The notes beneath the pieces were generated by a model. It saw only the letters and a program-made list of their open reading frames with translations, ran no database searches and was not told where the DNA came from. A DNA stretch of 64,000 nucleotides from a virus: positions 1-64,000 of the IMG/VR virus record IMGVR_UViG_3300030331_006142; one strand, 5' to 3'. Positions within the stretch are counted from its first letter, which is position 1. The number at the start of each line of letters is the position of its first letter. This document shows positions 49,859-59,189 of the stretch, piece after piece. The translations under genes were made by a program, and so were the position numbers.

Positions 49859-51403
49859 TTATTTTTGCGCGCCAGGCCAAAGAGCTTTTTGTGCATCGCT
49901 TACAATTCCTCCATAATTTATAAGAGGTACCCAGTGCATGGCCATATCGGCATAATTTCGCGTCGTTGAGCTAAGAAATACTGTATGCTTCCTTAGTTCT
50001 GAAAGGTATTTCACATAATTATTTACAATCTTAGTACAATCTGAAACAACTTGTTTATCTGCAATTGATTTATTAAGGTGCTTTATGAAATTATTTAGCA
50101 ATGCTATGTGACCATCAATTTTTTTATTTATAATACTAGATTGGTTTGCCATAACAGAAAATTCGCCCGGGCGATTTGTCATTGCATTAAATTTGTTTTC
50201 ATCCCCTTTTTGAATTGTTTTGACACTCAATCTTGTGCCGGCCGGCCCTAAGTCCCCAAAACCTTCAGCCCATGTCCAGTTATAAAATGCCGCGCCAATC
50301 CCTAACGCTATGCTTTGTCTTGTTCTAAATGGTATCGCTCGAACTACTACATAATCCTTGCTTGCATACTTATCACTAGCAAACATGGGATAAAGGCAAA
50401 TTACAGCAAATTCACTATTAGTTGTCACGGGCGCGCCGACTGATGAGCCATAATTAGGCCAATAAAAATAAGGTATACCAATAACAAACTCTCCGCCTTC
50501 TTTCGCCGGAGCCAATGAACGTTCTATAGTTTTTACAACTAGTTTTTTATTTTTGGCATCATTTAATGGGTGCTTGTGAAAAAATTTTTGTTTTGGCGCT
50601 ACAGTCGCGCCCGGGGCCATACCACTCGAAATGTGAGAACTCTTGTTCGAGTCAGATACTCTTTTTGAGTGCATATTGTGAGAGACGTTAATAAAATAAG
50701 GTATTCTAGGTTTAATCAGACTTGCTTGTTGAACTAGATTCTCAGCAGCCGCTGATTGATAGTCGACTGCGCCCGGGCGCATTAGCACTCTTCTCACATT
50801 TTGGTAAACTTGGGAATATCCTTGTCTGCGGTACATATCTTCATAGGGTTCCGCGGCTGTTGTATCATAATCAAGCTTGGCGTTTGTCAGGCCGCTTGTA
50901 TCCTTATCTCTCGCGCTGAATGTTTCAGTTTCTTCATAATACTCATCATCCCAGTCGACCGGCTTCTCCCACCAATTTCTATTTTGAAGCGCCATAACTG
51001 TTTTTACTTTAACTTCATATTCACCATCAAGTCGAGCCCAAAACTTGGCGCCGCCTAGGCCTGTGATTCTCTGTGCAACGGCATCTGCCTTTGCTTTCTC
51101 TTTTTTGGTTCTTTCTGCTTTCTCTTTTGCTGCTTTCTCTTTTGCTGCTTTCTCTTTTGCTGCTTTCTCTTTTGTTGCTTTTGCGGCATCTGACTTAGCT
51201 GTGGTCTTGCTGGCGCCGGAACTTGAAGTGCCTGTCTTTTCCACCGCGGTACTGGTCGGCCCAGTACGTTTTGGCGTCTTCAAAGGCTTCTTATCGCGTG
51301 CTTTGCGCGCGCGCCTATCCAAATCGCTGGCCGTTGTGTCCGATGGGCTTTGTTCAAAGATTTTTTTTATTTCTTCTATAATATCTTTTCTTGAGTACTG
51401 CAT
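49859..51403 (-). CDS. Hypothetical protein with KEKAA repeats
   Basis: 514 aa; 15-bp repeats at about 51115-51185; leader MQYSRKDIIEEIKKIFEQ. Confidence 0.7.
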   Translation of the reverse strand: MQYSRKDIIEEIKKIFEQSPSDTTASDLDRRARKARDKKPLKTPKRTGPTSTAVEKTGTSSSGASKTTAKSDAAKATKEKAAKEKAAKEKAAKEKAERTKKEKAKADAVAQRITGLGGAKFWARLDGEYEVKVKTVMALQNRNWWEKPVDWDDEYYEETETFSARDKDTSGLTNAKLDYDTTAAEPYEDMYRRQGYSQVYQNVRRVLMRPGAVDYQSAAAENLVQQASLIKPRIPYFINVSHNMHSKRVSDSNKSSHISSGMAPGATVAPKQKFFHKHPLNDAKNKKLVVKTIERSLAPAKEGGEFVIGIPYFYWPNYGSSVGAPVTTNSEFAVICLYPMFASDKYASKDYVVVRAIPFRTRQSIALGIGAAFYNWTWAEGFGDLGPAGTRLSVKTIQKGDENKFNAMTNRPGEFSVMANQSSIINKKIDGHIALLNNFIKHLNKSIADKQVVSDCTKIVNNYVKYLSELRKHTVFLSSTTRNYADMAMHWVPLINYGGIVSDAQKALWPGAQK

Positions 51404-51445
51404 AAATTCCTCTTTTAGTAATTTTATACTAAATAATTAGTTTTC

Positions 51446-51739
51446 TTAACGCAAAGTAGGGTCTTTTTGAGTATTTTTTAGTTTTGGAAGAAAATCTTTT
51501 TTCAATTTCAATAATCTTTCAAATTTTACTTTTTGTTTCACATCAGTATATAAAACTTGGGGCTTTTTGTACTGCCCGTTGATTAAAAGGTCATCAAAAT
51601 TATAAAATTTCGTTTTAGGAGGGACTTTGTTTGAAGCTTTTATGTAAATTGGGTTAAATTCATAAAATTTCTTTTTTTCTTGCCCTACAGCCGCGGCTGC
51701 CCACATAAAAAACATCAAAAATAGTATAAAATTTTTCAT
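51446..51739 (-). CDS. Secreted CglF/GltF-like small protein
   Basis: Signal peptide, then KFYNFDDLLINGQYKKPQVLY...KFERLLKLKKDFLPKL, resembling the recalled myxobacterial CglF pattern. Confidence 0.55.
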   Translation of the reverse strand: MKNFILFLMFFMWAAAAVGQEKKKFYEFNPIYIKASNKVPPKTKFYNFDDLLINGQYKKPQVLYTDVKQKVKFERLLKLKKDFLPKLKNTQKDPTLR

Positions 51740-51758
51740 TTTTTTATTTTTTTTCCTT

Positions 51759-52094
51759 TTAAAATATTTTAACTTTGCTCAAAACACCTTGAACCAGAGA
51801 GTCTGGGTCTTCATTGGTTTCAAAGTTGTTATTCTTTAAAATTTCATAGATTTTTCGCAAAATAATATTAGCGGACCTTGAATTTTTGTGCTGATGGCCA
51901 TCGGGAAGCTCAGAAAGGACAGAATTAACAGAATCAATAATTATTTGTGGGTCAAAATCAAAATTTTCTTTTAATGAATGTAGTTTTTTTAAATATTTTT
52001 TGGCTTTTGGCACGGATTTTGAACATCCGACCTTTTTACCTTTTGTTTTATTCTTTTTTTTCTTAAAAACACACTTTTTTATTCGAATATACGG
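51759..52094 (-). CDS. Basic phage protein (PY.I.KKCVFKK...KKVGCS)
   Basis: Start approximate, near VPYIRI. Confidence 0.55.
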   Translation of the reverse strand, partial: PYIRIKKCVFKKKKNKTKGKKVGCSKSVPKAKKYLKKLHSLKENFDFDPQIIIDSVNSVLSELPDGHQHKNSRSANIILRKIYEILKNNNFETNEDPDSLVQGVLSKVKIF

Positions 52095-52099
52095 CACAT

Positions 52100-52336
52100 T
52101 TAGCACCCCCATCCGCAATCGCAAGGATAAGAATCGCAACAATCATATAACTCTTCATCATCATGGATAGTATCACCATACTCTAGATTGATATTCTCAA
52201 AAATCATATCTGAAATCTTCTTATCGACCTCCAAGGCGTGCTCTTCTCCAATCTTTTCGACCATTTCTGTTAAGTTTCTCCTTGCTTCCCATGGAGTTAA
52301 CTTGTTTTTATCTAATTCAACGCAAATTATACACAT
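52100..52336 (-). CDS. Small Cys-containing protein
   Basis: MCIICVEL... with C-terminal CCDSYPCDCGWGC. Confidence 0.65.
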   Translation of the reverse strand: MCIICVELDKNKLTPWEARRNLTEMVEKIGEEHALEVDKKISDMIFENINLEYGDTIHDDEELYDCCDSYPCDCGWGC

Positions 52337-52339
52337 ATT

Positions 52340-52828
52340 TTACCTTATAAATCCAAAATGACTGTAAATTTTATTAATAATTATGGTGGGGCCATAATAT
52401 ATCATATCTCTTTGCTTACCTTTGTTGTGTACAATGATTAAAGCAGGCACCCCACGCAGACCCAATTGGCCAGCTATAAAGTTTACCCACTTTTCATCCA
52501 AATTTAAAACAATAATTTTGTTTTTCCAGCCAAAATCTTGAATTTTCTTTTCAACATGGCGACATGATTGGCACCATTGAGACGAAAACAAAACAAAATC
52601 AGGCATTTTTTCATCATTAAGCTTATTTATGAATTCTTTTTCGCCAGTATATCTTGAACCAGCCCGGTGGACAACTTTACCTTGATAGGTTACGACAAGT
52701 TCAGAGTTTCTTTTTTGCTCAGCAACGCAGGAAGGAGTTAAAAAACAGAGGGAAAAAGCCAAAAATACCCATGAAGCGCGAAAATTTTTTTTTCGAATTT
52801 TTTTTGCGGTATTTTTTTTCTGCTTCAT
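52340..52828 (-). CDS. Thioredoxin-fold membrane/lipoprotein
   Basis: FSSQWCQSC and GVPAL motifs; hydrophobic N-terminus. Confidence 0.8.
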   Translation of the reverse strand: MKQKKNTAKKIRKKNFRASWVFLAFSLCFLTPSCVAEQKRNSELVVTYQGKVVHRAGSRYTGEKEFINKLNDEKMPDFVLFSSQWCQSCRHVEKKIQDFGWKNKIIVLNLDEKWVNFIAGQLGLRGVPALIIVHNKGKQRDMIYYGPTIIINKIYSHFGFIR

Positions 52829-52865
52829 AGTGCTTATAACTACCTTTTATCCAATTAGCTACCTG

Positions 52866-53381
52866 CTATCTAGGAATGTCTTCGTCATTAGGAGCATCTT
52901 CGTCATCTAATACCGGTTCATCTCCATCACCAGAGTCATCGGAAGGTTTAAGCATATCTCTAACTCTATCAATAGCGTTCTTTTCACCTGCTAATGAGTT
53001 AGCAGCTTGTCGATTAACTGTAAGTCGATTAGCACCAAGCTCATATTCTATATAATCGTAATTTACACCATAACTGTTGGCAGCTAAATTAACAGCTTTA
53101 ATAAATTGATTCATTGCGCCATCGACAACTTCGCTTATTAAACCATAGTCAAGTGCTTTTTTACCAGGAACGTCTTGGTCAAAGCCTTGCGCCTCCGAAC
53201 TTAAATGATTTTTGTAAGCTTTGGCGTGTCTTATTAGCTCATTAATGGCAAGCTCTAATCGCTTGGATGAACGGTTGGGATTGACACGGTCAGCTTCATC
53301 AATTGCAACGTTTACTTCTGCTAGAACACTTGCAAGCTCTTCTTTGATTATACGTTGCAAGTTAGATTTTGTCATTTTCAT
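52866..53381 (-). CDS. Hypothetical protein with MKMTKSNLQRIIKEEL leader
   Basis: AAGGAG RBS and late-promoter motif upstream. Confidence 0.75.
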   Translation of the reverse strand: MKMTKSNLQRIIKEELASVLAEVNVAIDEADRVNPNRSSKRLELAINELIRHAKAYKNHLSSEAQGFDQDVPGKKALDYGLISEVVDGAMNQFIKAVNLAANSYGVNYDYIEYELGANRLTVNRQAANSLAGEKNAIDRVRDMLKPSDDSGDGDEPVLDDEDAPNDEDIPR

Positions 53382-53513
53382 TTATAAAATATCTCCTTAA
53401 AAACTGTTAAAAAATTAACGCTTTGTAATGCACTACAAGGTAAATAGTGTTTTAAAGATTGTTTGTTATAAATGATGCGGTATTTTGTCAGCGCCGCGCA
53501 ATATAATCAGCAA

Positions 53514-53825
53514 TTATTTAGTTGTTTTTACTTGCGGAGCAGTGGGAGCAACTGCAGGACTGGATTCTTCTATTTCAGACTTTAAGGTTTCAATATCATC
53601 TTCCATAGCAAGAATCCGTCGGACTATTTCTTTATAACTTTTTTGAAAACTATATTTAACCCAATTAGCTAGCCACTTTGCGGCGGGTTCGGCATTCCAC
53701 TCTTCAGGGGTGAGGTACGGCAAGCTTTCAGGAGGGATGCGCTCATCGCTGCTAGACTCCATTGTAAGGACATGTCCTATCTCTTCTTTAATAATATTTA
53801 TTAATTTTTTTTTGGAAATTTTCAT
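53514..53825 (-). CDS. Hypothetical protein with MKISKKKLINIIKEEI leader
   Basis: 103 aa ORF. Confidence 0.7.
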   Translation of the reverse strand: MKISKKKLINIIKEEIGHVLTMESSSDERIPPESLPYLTPEEWNAEPAAKWLANWVKYSFQKSYKEIVRRILAMEDDIETLKSEIEESSPAVAPTAPQVKTTK

Positions 53826-53846
53826 GAAACCCTCTTTTGCCGCTGG

Positions 53847-54689
53847 TTAATCAATTTTACGTTGTGACAGATACGTGCCCAAAACATCTTGTGCAATAGA
53901 CACTGCTGTTTTCCTAGGGAGGTCTAGCAACATGCATGCTCTTGGTGACCCATCCGAATTCTTTGGCCCGCTTCGATTTGCACAGTCGCGAATTTGTTGT
54001 CCGAATTTATTGTCGTTTTTCATTTTGCACTGGGCCCAGTTATGCCAGGCCTTTCCAAATCTTGGTGCACTATGAGTTTTGTATGCTTCTTCCTTGCATG
54101 GGTCTTCTGATATCTCTTTTATAGCAACTTCTAATTCTTCCTTGATTATTTGGGCTAACTTTTTCTTTGATATTTTTTTATTTTTAGATTCATCTAGGTC
54201 CGGTGGTAGTTCTCTGTCGGAGAATGGGGTTCCACCCGCGCCGCGGATGCCACGCGTTGCGTAATAATTTGCCACAAAAGCGAATATGGTCTCATCGGCC
54301 TGCGCGCCGTCCGAAAACAACAGGTCTACGGCTTTTTTCCACCAAGGCGTTTGTGGATATCCTTTTTGGTTCACCCATTGCGTCCATTCGCGGTATACCG
54401 GGTCTTCTTCGGAAATGACCCGAATGCTTTTTCCGAAAAACATTTCTCTCAATTCGCCGTTATTGGCTATCCCCAACTTGCTGGCTACTATTCTAAGCGC
54501 CTTTTGGGAACGCGGCTTACCCTTAACCCACTTTAACTGCCGAGCCATGGTGGCGCCCGTTTCGCGACGCGCACCGTCAACTGTGACTTTATAGCCCTTC
54601 CGGTAACTGCTGTCGACGGCGTCCTCGTTCATTGCTTTTTTTACTTCTTCTTTGATTAATTTCTCTAAAATTTTTTTCGTGATTTTCAT
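53847..54689 (-). CDS. Hypothetical protein with MKITKKILEKLIKEEV leader and a second internal copy
   Basis: AAGGAG RBS; internal KISKKKLAQIIKEEL. Confidence 0.75.
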   Translation of the reverse strand: MKITKKILEKLIKEEVKKAMNEDAVDSSYRKGYKVTVDGARRETGATMARQLKWVKGKPRSQKALRIVASKLGIANNGELREMFFGKSIRVISEEDPVYREWTQWVNQKGYPQTPWWKKAVDLLFSDGAQADETIFAFVANYYATRGIRGAGGTPFSDRELPPDLDESKNKKISKKKLAQIIKEELEVAIKEISEDPCKEEAYKTHSAPRFGKAWHNWAQCKMKNDNKFGQQIRDCANRSGPKNSDGSPRACMLLDLPRKTAVSIAQDVLGTYLSQRKID

Positions 54690-54733
54690 GGGCCACTCCT
54701 TTTTTAAAACCGTTAAAAAACTAACGTCACAAT

Positions 54734-54740
54734 TAAATAG
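54734..54740 (-). promoter_or_regulatory. Putative late-promoter motif CTA(T/C/A)TTA, representative copy
   Basis: The same motif lies upstream of genes at 53441, 51434, 46960, 43311, 37415, 36461, 35607, 35054, 34347 and 30749. Confidence 0.6.
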
Positions 54741-54819
54741 TATTTTTGTAAGTTAATCGTAAAATCTCCGAAATTTTCTGTGTGGAGAGAACGTGGGCGT
54801 AGCTAGCGCATGTAGGTGC

Positions 54820-55280
54820 ATGTAGGTGTAAGACTTACATTCGGCTACCTGTGGGGGGAGGGGGGAGGGGTACCCACACCCTACTACATGTAAGTTTTTT
54901 AAATACATTTAAATAGATTTGTTTACCTTGCCCTACATTGTGCTCGAGTTACTTACGCTTACCCACACCGCCCTACATTGTGCTCGAGTTGCCTACAGCA
55001 ACCTAGGTTGTAGTCGAGTCGCCTACGCTTGCCTACACTGTAGTCGAGTCACCTACGTTTTAGTACAATGTATTCTGGTGTAGGTATAAGTATTATTTTT
55101 TTTACCTCGCACGACATTTTCCTACCGGTAGGGCAAGGTAGTATAGTGTAGGTGGATGTAGTAGAAAAAAAAGTTAAAAAAAAAATAAAAAAAATAAAAA
55201 AACTTGAGATACATGTCGTTTTTTGTCGCGAAAGGTAGGATATATGCCTACACCTACCTACATGTAGGTGCTGTAAGTAG
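54820..55280. repeat. Non-coding CCTAC/GTAGG repeat field with 10-bp phasing and a G-tract
   Basis: GCCCTACATTGTGCTCGAGTT x2, TGTAGTCGAGTC x2, GCATGTAGGT x2 and G6AG6AG4. Confidence 0.8.
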
Positions 55281-55380
55281 TTGAAATTGTTGAGGTTTTC
55301 ACGGTCACGTTTTTGAAATGGGAAAAAGAAGAAATTGTCGCTCTAAGTGCTTGAAATCATTAAACTTTCGTTCCTGCCGC

Positions 55381-55409
55381 TGGCATGTCACGAGAAAAAA
55401 TGGTATAAT
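55381..55409 (+). promoter_or_regulatory. sigma70 extended -10 promoter for the plus-strand island
   Basis: TGGCAT-N17-TATAAT with a TG extension. Confidence 0.55.
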
Positions 55410-55513
55410 ATATACATAAGCAAGGGGGAGAAAGCCCCGCGCAACTTGAACCGCGCCCCACGCGGGCGCATTTACCCGCACGCTACACGTGCATCTAATG
55501 AAAGGAGCCTCTC

Positions 55514-55750
55514 ATGGCTTTACGACGACAGAAAAACAACATTCAAAACCTTAACCTTATCATCGTCAACGAGGACGAGAAGGCTGGCATGACCATTGAC
55601 CAGACCATTCTCAATGGCAAGTCCGCGGCGGTATCGTTCCGCCTTGTCAACGGTGGGCGCAAGTCCGCGGCCGTCAAGCTGGACCGCCAGGCATGCGTGG
55701 ACCTGCTTGAAGCGGTCACCGAAATCCTCGACACTGAAGGCGACTTCTAG
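55514..55750 (+). CDS. Small protein, paralog of 57408-57653
   Basis: AAAGGAG RBS; shares TIDQT..NG.S..VS.RL.NG...SAAVKLDR. Confidence 0.8.
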   Translation: MALRRQKNNIQNLNLIIVNEDEKAGMTIDQTILNGKSAAVSFRLVNGGRKSAAVKLDRQACVDLLEAVTEILDTEGDF

Positions 55751-55891
55751 TCGCTTGACCTGGACAGGTCAAAAAACTGTCCTTACATTTTGTTAATTAC
55801 TATCGACCGACAAGGGGCTTAGTATGTTTGAATTTGTTATTCCTGTTTTGATTTGTTATATTGTTGAACACATGCCAGTCTATGACTGGTC

Positions 55892-56113
55892 TTGCTTGGA
55901 GAATTGATTATGTCTGATTATATGCTTGATACTGCTATCGTATACGCCGGGCGGTCTTATATGGCTCGCCCAGGTTCCGCCCGGTATCGTTGGCTCGAAC
56001 GCGCTGCGATTCACCACAACATGCGCGACTATGGGAACGCGCGCGCATGCTTCCGCAAAGCGCTCGACGCTCCGGAGCGTGAAGCGTGGATGTTGTCTGG
56101 AGCTGTCCGATAA
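55892..56113 (+). CDS. Small hypothetical protein (TPR-like ARACFRKAL)
   Basis: GGAG RBS before MSDYML. Confidence 0.55.
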   Translation: MLGELIMSDYMLDTAIVYAGRSYMARPGSARYRWLERAAIHHNMRDYGNARACFRKALDAPEREAWMLSGAVR

Positions 56114-56277
56114 TGGAGAGCTTACATATCAAAATCGCCGGCGACCCTGGCTATCGGACTCGACTAGCCAGGATTAAAACCCCTTGGTACTCGCGCTTGT
56201 ATTGGGCTGTGTGGCACAATATGACCGATGCTATCATCATCGCGGCCGCGGCCGTCGCTGTCTGGAGCTTCGTATAA
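56113..56277 (+). CDS. Small membrane protein
   Basis: MESLHIKI... with a C-terminal hydrophobic helix; start overlaps the previous stop. Confidence 0.5.
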   Translation: MESLHIKIAGDPGYRTRLARIKTPWYSRLYWAVWHNMTDAIIIAAAAVAVWSFV

Positions 56278-56394
56278 TGGCAACACGCCGGACGCGAGTG
56301 AGTCGCGCATGGTCTAAGACCAAAAAACGAGGCTGAGTCTCCTACACCATCCCACCACCTGCGCGTCCGGCACCCCGCCGGGCAGCGCACTCGT

Positions 56395-56650
56395 GTATGT
56401 ATTACACTTACATTTCCCTACATTTCCCTACATGTCCTACCTTTGCTCACACCTACCTACAGGTAGGACAAAGTGGGAGGTTTAACTACATTTCCCTACC
56501 TCGACCTACCTTATCCTACCTGTAGGATATTTACTTATATTTCTTACTTTCGCCTACATCACCACACACCTCCCACATTGTGCGCGGCTGCCTACATTGC
56601 CATACGTGGTCATACATGTAGGTCTTTATACTACATCGCCCTACCTCTGC
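56395..56650. repeat. Second CCTAC repeat field
   Basis: CATTTCCCTA x2 and further CCTAC(C/A) copies at about 10-bp spacing. Confidence 0.75.
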
Positions 56651-56993
56651 GATGGTCCCCGACCGTTAAGAAATTAACAGACAGTTGAAGTGATAATACC
56701 ACAGCGTGGCCTGCTCGAAATTCGCTTGTATATTCACGGCCTTAAACATCTCAATCACTAAATTGATTTTTTCACAGCTCATCATCTTTTTTTTTCCAGG
56801 CGTTAATTTATTTACGTTGACAACGGGGAACGAGTATGTATTAAATCGCTTCCCACGCTGTCACACTTTTTTCCACACCACAACACTTTTTTTTCTGTGA
56901 TGCCCTATGGTATAGGGAGCTGGGCGTTAATGCCCTAACACCACCTAACCTTTTTTCTTTGTTTTATACCAAGAACGATTCACTTTTGATTTT

Positions 56994-57194
56994 TTAGAAG
57001 CCATAATCATCTGACTCCATGCTCATGCCGCTGTTACCAATCAACCGAACCTCACCCAGCAAATCAGATGTTGGCACCCAGCGCTGTTTTCCGTTCTCCC
57101 ACTGTACCAGGGTTTCATTACCGTTTCGGCGTTGCTCCAAGGCTACACCGTTCTTGTTATCATACTGAGTCTCTGTCTTACTTTGAACAAACAT
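56994..57194 (-). CDS. Small SH3-like early protein
   Basis: TLVQWENGKQRWVPTSDL; GGAGG RBS. Confidence 0.65.
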   Translation of the reverse strand: MFVQSKTETQYDNKNGVALEQRRNGNETLVQWENGKQRWVPTSDLLGEVRLIGNSGMSMESDDYGF

Positions 57195-57407
57195 TATTTG
57201 TTTCCTCCTTCTTGAGTGGTTCGCTGGTTAACACGTCTTGTGCTTCTTCGGTTAGCAATATAAGAAACGTCACGGACTCGATTGATAACTGGCTTACTAT
57301 AAAACATATTTATTCTTTTCTTCTCTTCTCGGATTGTTGTTAGTGCAAAAGTGGGGGGTTGATTATGAAAGGCAAGGTTCAACCCCTTATGAAAACCTTG
57401 TTACGAC

Positions 57408-57653
57408 TTATACCTCTTCCTTCTCCAGCACTTCACCGAGTGCAGCAACCAAGTCTGTTAGGGCGACTCGGTCCAACTTGACCGCAGCAGAGCGCTGCTT
57501 GCCATTGATAAGGCGGACACTCACGCCCTGTGAGTTGCCGTTGACCAAGGTCTGGTCAATAGTGATACCGGCTGGCTTCTGCTTGGAGTCGTCGCTCTGC
57601 TCGTTCATGATGGTGAAAGCAATGTTTTCGATGTTGCTGATTGTGCGCTTCAT
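57408..57653 (-). CDS. Small early protein, paralog of 55514-55750
   Basis: AAGGA RBS; promoter at 57725-57753. Confidence 0.8.
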   Translation of the reverse strand: MKRTISNIENIAFTIMNEQSDDSKQKPAGITIDQTLVNGNSQGVSVRLINGKQRSAAVKLDRVALTDLVAALGEVLEKEEV

Positions 57654-57724
57654 AATGTTTGTCCTTTCAAAGACAGTTTGTTTGGTATTGGAATTTGGGC
57701 CCTTCCCTCATTCTCAATATATAT

Positions 57725-57753
57725 ATTATCTCAAATAATCGAGCAAAAGTCAA
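57725..57753 (-). promoter_or_regulatory. Early sigma70 promoter
   Basis: TTGACT-N17-GATAAT. Confidence 0.7.
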
Positions 57754-58265
57754 GAACTTTTTTAGTGCTCGGTGCATTTTTATTTCACTTGGTCTCGCGA
57801 CCAAAAGTGTCGAGGTTCCCATCTTCCTCGACGTGGATATAGCCTGCCCTGGAAATCACTTCCACGCTTACGCAACCACGGCGCCAAACTTCGGCCAACT
57901 TGACAACAATGCGCTGCGTTTGGAGCGCTTGACAACAATGCGGGTCCTGAATTGGTACGCCTCTGGTCTATATCCCCCACGGGCTCGCACTCATACCGGG
58001 TCGGCTGAGTACGGTTCAAGTGTGTTAACGTCTGGACGGTCTAGCCATCCCATTTGATAACACACCTCTTTGAAGAAAGTATCTGGATATCCCTTATAAT
58101 TGATGCCTCGACAAGTGGTTTCGCCGTTACTCTCGAAGCCCAACTCGCCACCATCGCCGCCCTTTGCCATGTCTTTGTACTGCCACTTGACCTCTTCATA
58201 CATAAAGACCGAGCTTACACGCGACCCCATGTCTGTATATACTTCAACCATTTGTTCAACTGTTC

Positions 58266-58487
58266 TCACTGTGCATCTCCTCCGCCTGTGCCGGCGCCCT
58301 GACAAACTTCATAACAATGCTCATGCACAAAATAATGACAACTTTCGCCACAGCCAGCATCTGTCTTGTCACAAAGCATTTCAACATCCTCTTCGCATTG
58401 CATTACTTTTCGGCACGATTCACCTTCTTCACTAGGGCAACCGCATAATGCTAAAGCAAGAGATAAAATCAACATTCTTTTAATCAT
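58266..58487 (-). CDS. Cys-rich lipoprotein
   Basis: Lipobox-like ALCGC followed by 7 more Cys. Confidence 0.65.
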   Translation of the reverse strand: MIKRMLILSLALALCGCPSEEGESCRKVMQCEEDVEMLCDKTDAGCGESCHYFVHEHCYEVCQGAGTGGGDAQ

Positions 58488-58680
58488 TAATCACCTCATA
58501 TCGCCGATGCGGGTTGAGCTGCGAACGATAAACCTCGCTAACTCCACAAGGGCAAACAATCTTTGCTTTATACGAATCCTCGTTGGTCCTTGGCACAAGC
58601 ACCATTGCAACATTACATCGCACAGCGCCTGGTTCGCCAGCACAAGAACCCAATGGATTAACTAAGTCGCCTCGTTTCAC
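58480..58680 (-). CDS. MKxGDLV-family mini-protein
   Basis: MKRGDLV...YEVIND. Confidence 0.65.
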   Translation of the reverse strand: MKRGDLVNPLGSCAGEPGAVRCNVAMVLVPRTNEDSYKAKIVCPCGVSEVYRSQLNPHRRYEVIND

Positions 58681-58778
58681 TTCTTCTCTCCAAATTCTCT
58701 CATCTTACGAAGAAGTTTCTCAAGTAGCTTTTTATTGTTCTCGGTCATTTCAAGTCTTCCTCGATTGTTTATGTTACC

Positions 58779-58807
58779 ATTATACCCTATCTTGACCGCT
58801 AGGTCAA
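58779..58807 (-). promoter_or_regulatory. Early sigma70 promoter with a palindrome over the -35
   Basis: TTGACC-N17-TATAAT; TCTTGACC TAGC GGTCAAGA inverted repeat. Confidence 0.75.
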
Positions 58808-58982
58808 GAAAAAAATAGCCGCGAATGGAAAAAAAATTCGGCGATTAGCGACGAGCGTCGTACTCGTACAACAGTAACCACACAAGTATTAACATCACAA
58901 TCACGGTCTAAGTGTCACTGTCCAAGTGAGTATTAAACATGTCACCATCGTTATTGCAAACAAGCTAAGTGCATACCACATA

Positions 58983-59189
58983 TTAAAACCAATCAATCTC
59001 GCGCGACTTCGGTCGTGAGAAAAACTCGAACGGGCCGATACGGAGGATGCTGTATGGCGTGGTGGTATCATTCGACAACACAAGGTTATAGCGCTTAAAC
59101 GAGAACCCCCACGACGGAGAGCGACCAACAAAAGTTGTGTATGGGTATCTTAACATCAACTTTCCTTTCAGTGTTCTCCAAATCGACAT
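58983..59189 (-). CDS. Small hypothetical early protein
   Basis: 68 aa, coupled to the upstream stop. Confidence 0.55.
   Translation of the reverse strand: MSIWRTLKGKLMLRYPYTTFVGRSPSWGFSFKRYNLVLSNDTTTPYSILRIGPFEFFSRPKSREIDWF

Noticed and set aside
49410-49916. Plus-strand (SP)n and (RL)n ORFs
   Set aside because: They are antisense readings of the GE-coding hexamer repeat
54920-55060. Mini-CRISPR from the GCCCTACATTGTGCTCGAGTT repeats
   Set aside because: Only two exact copies, and the intervening sequence is made of the same CCTAC motif rather than unique spacers
56280-56392. Structured ncRNA (CCGGACGCG...CGCGTCCGG inverted repeat)
   Set aside because: One 9-bp stem in GC-rich sequence is not enough without covariation data
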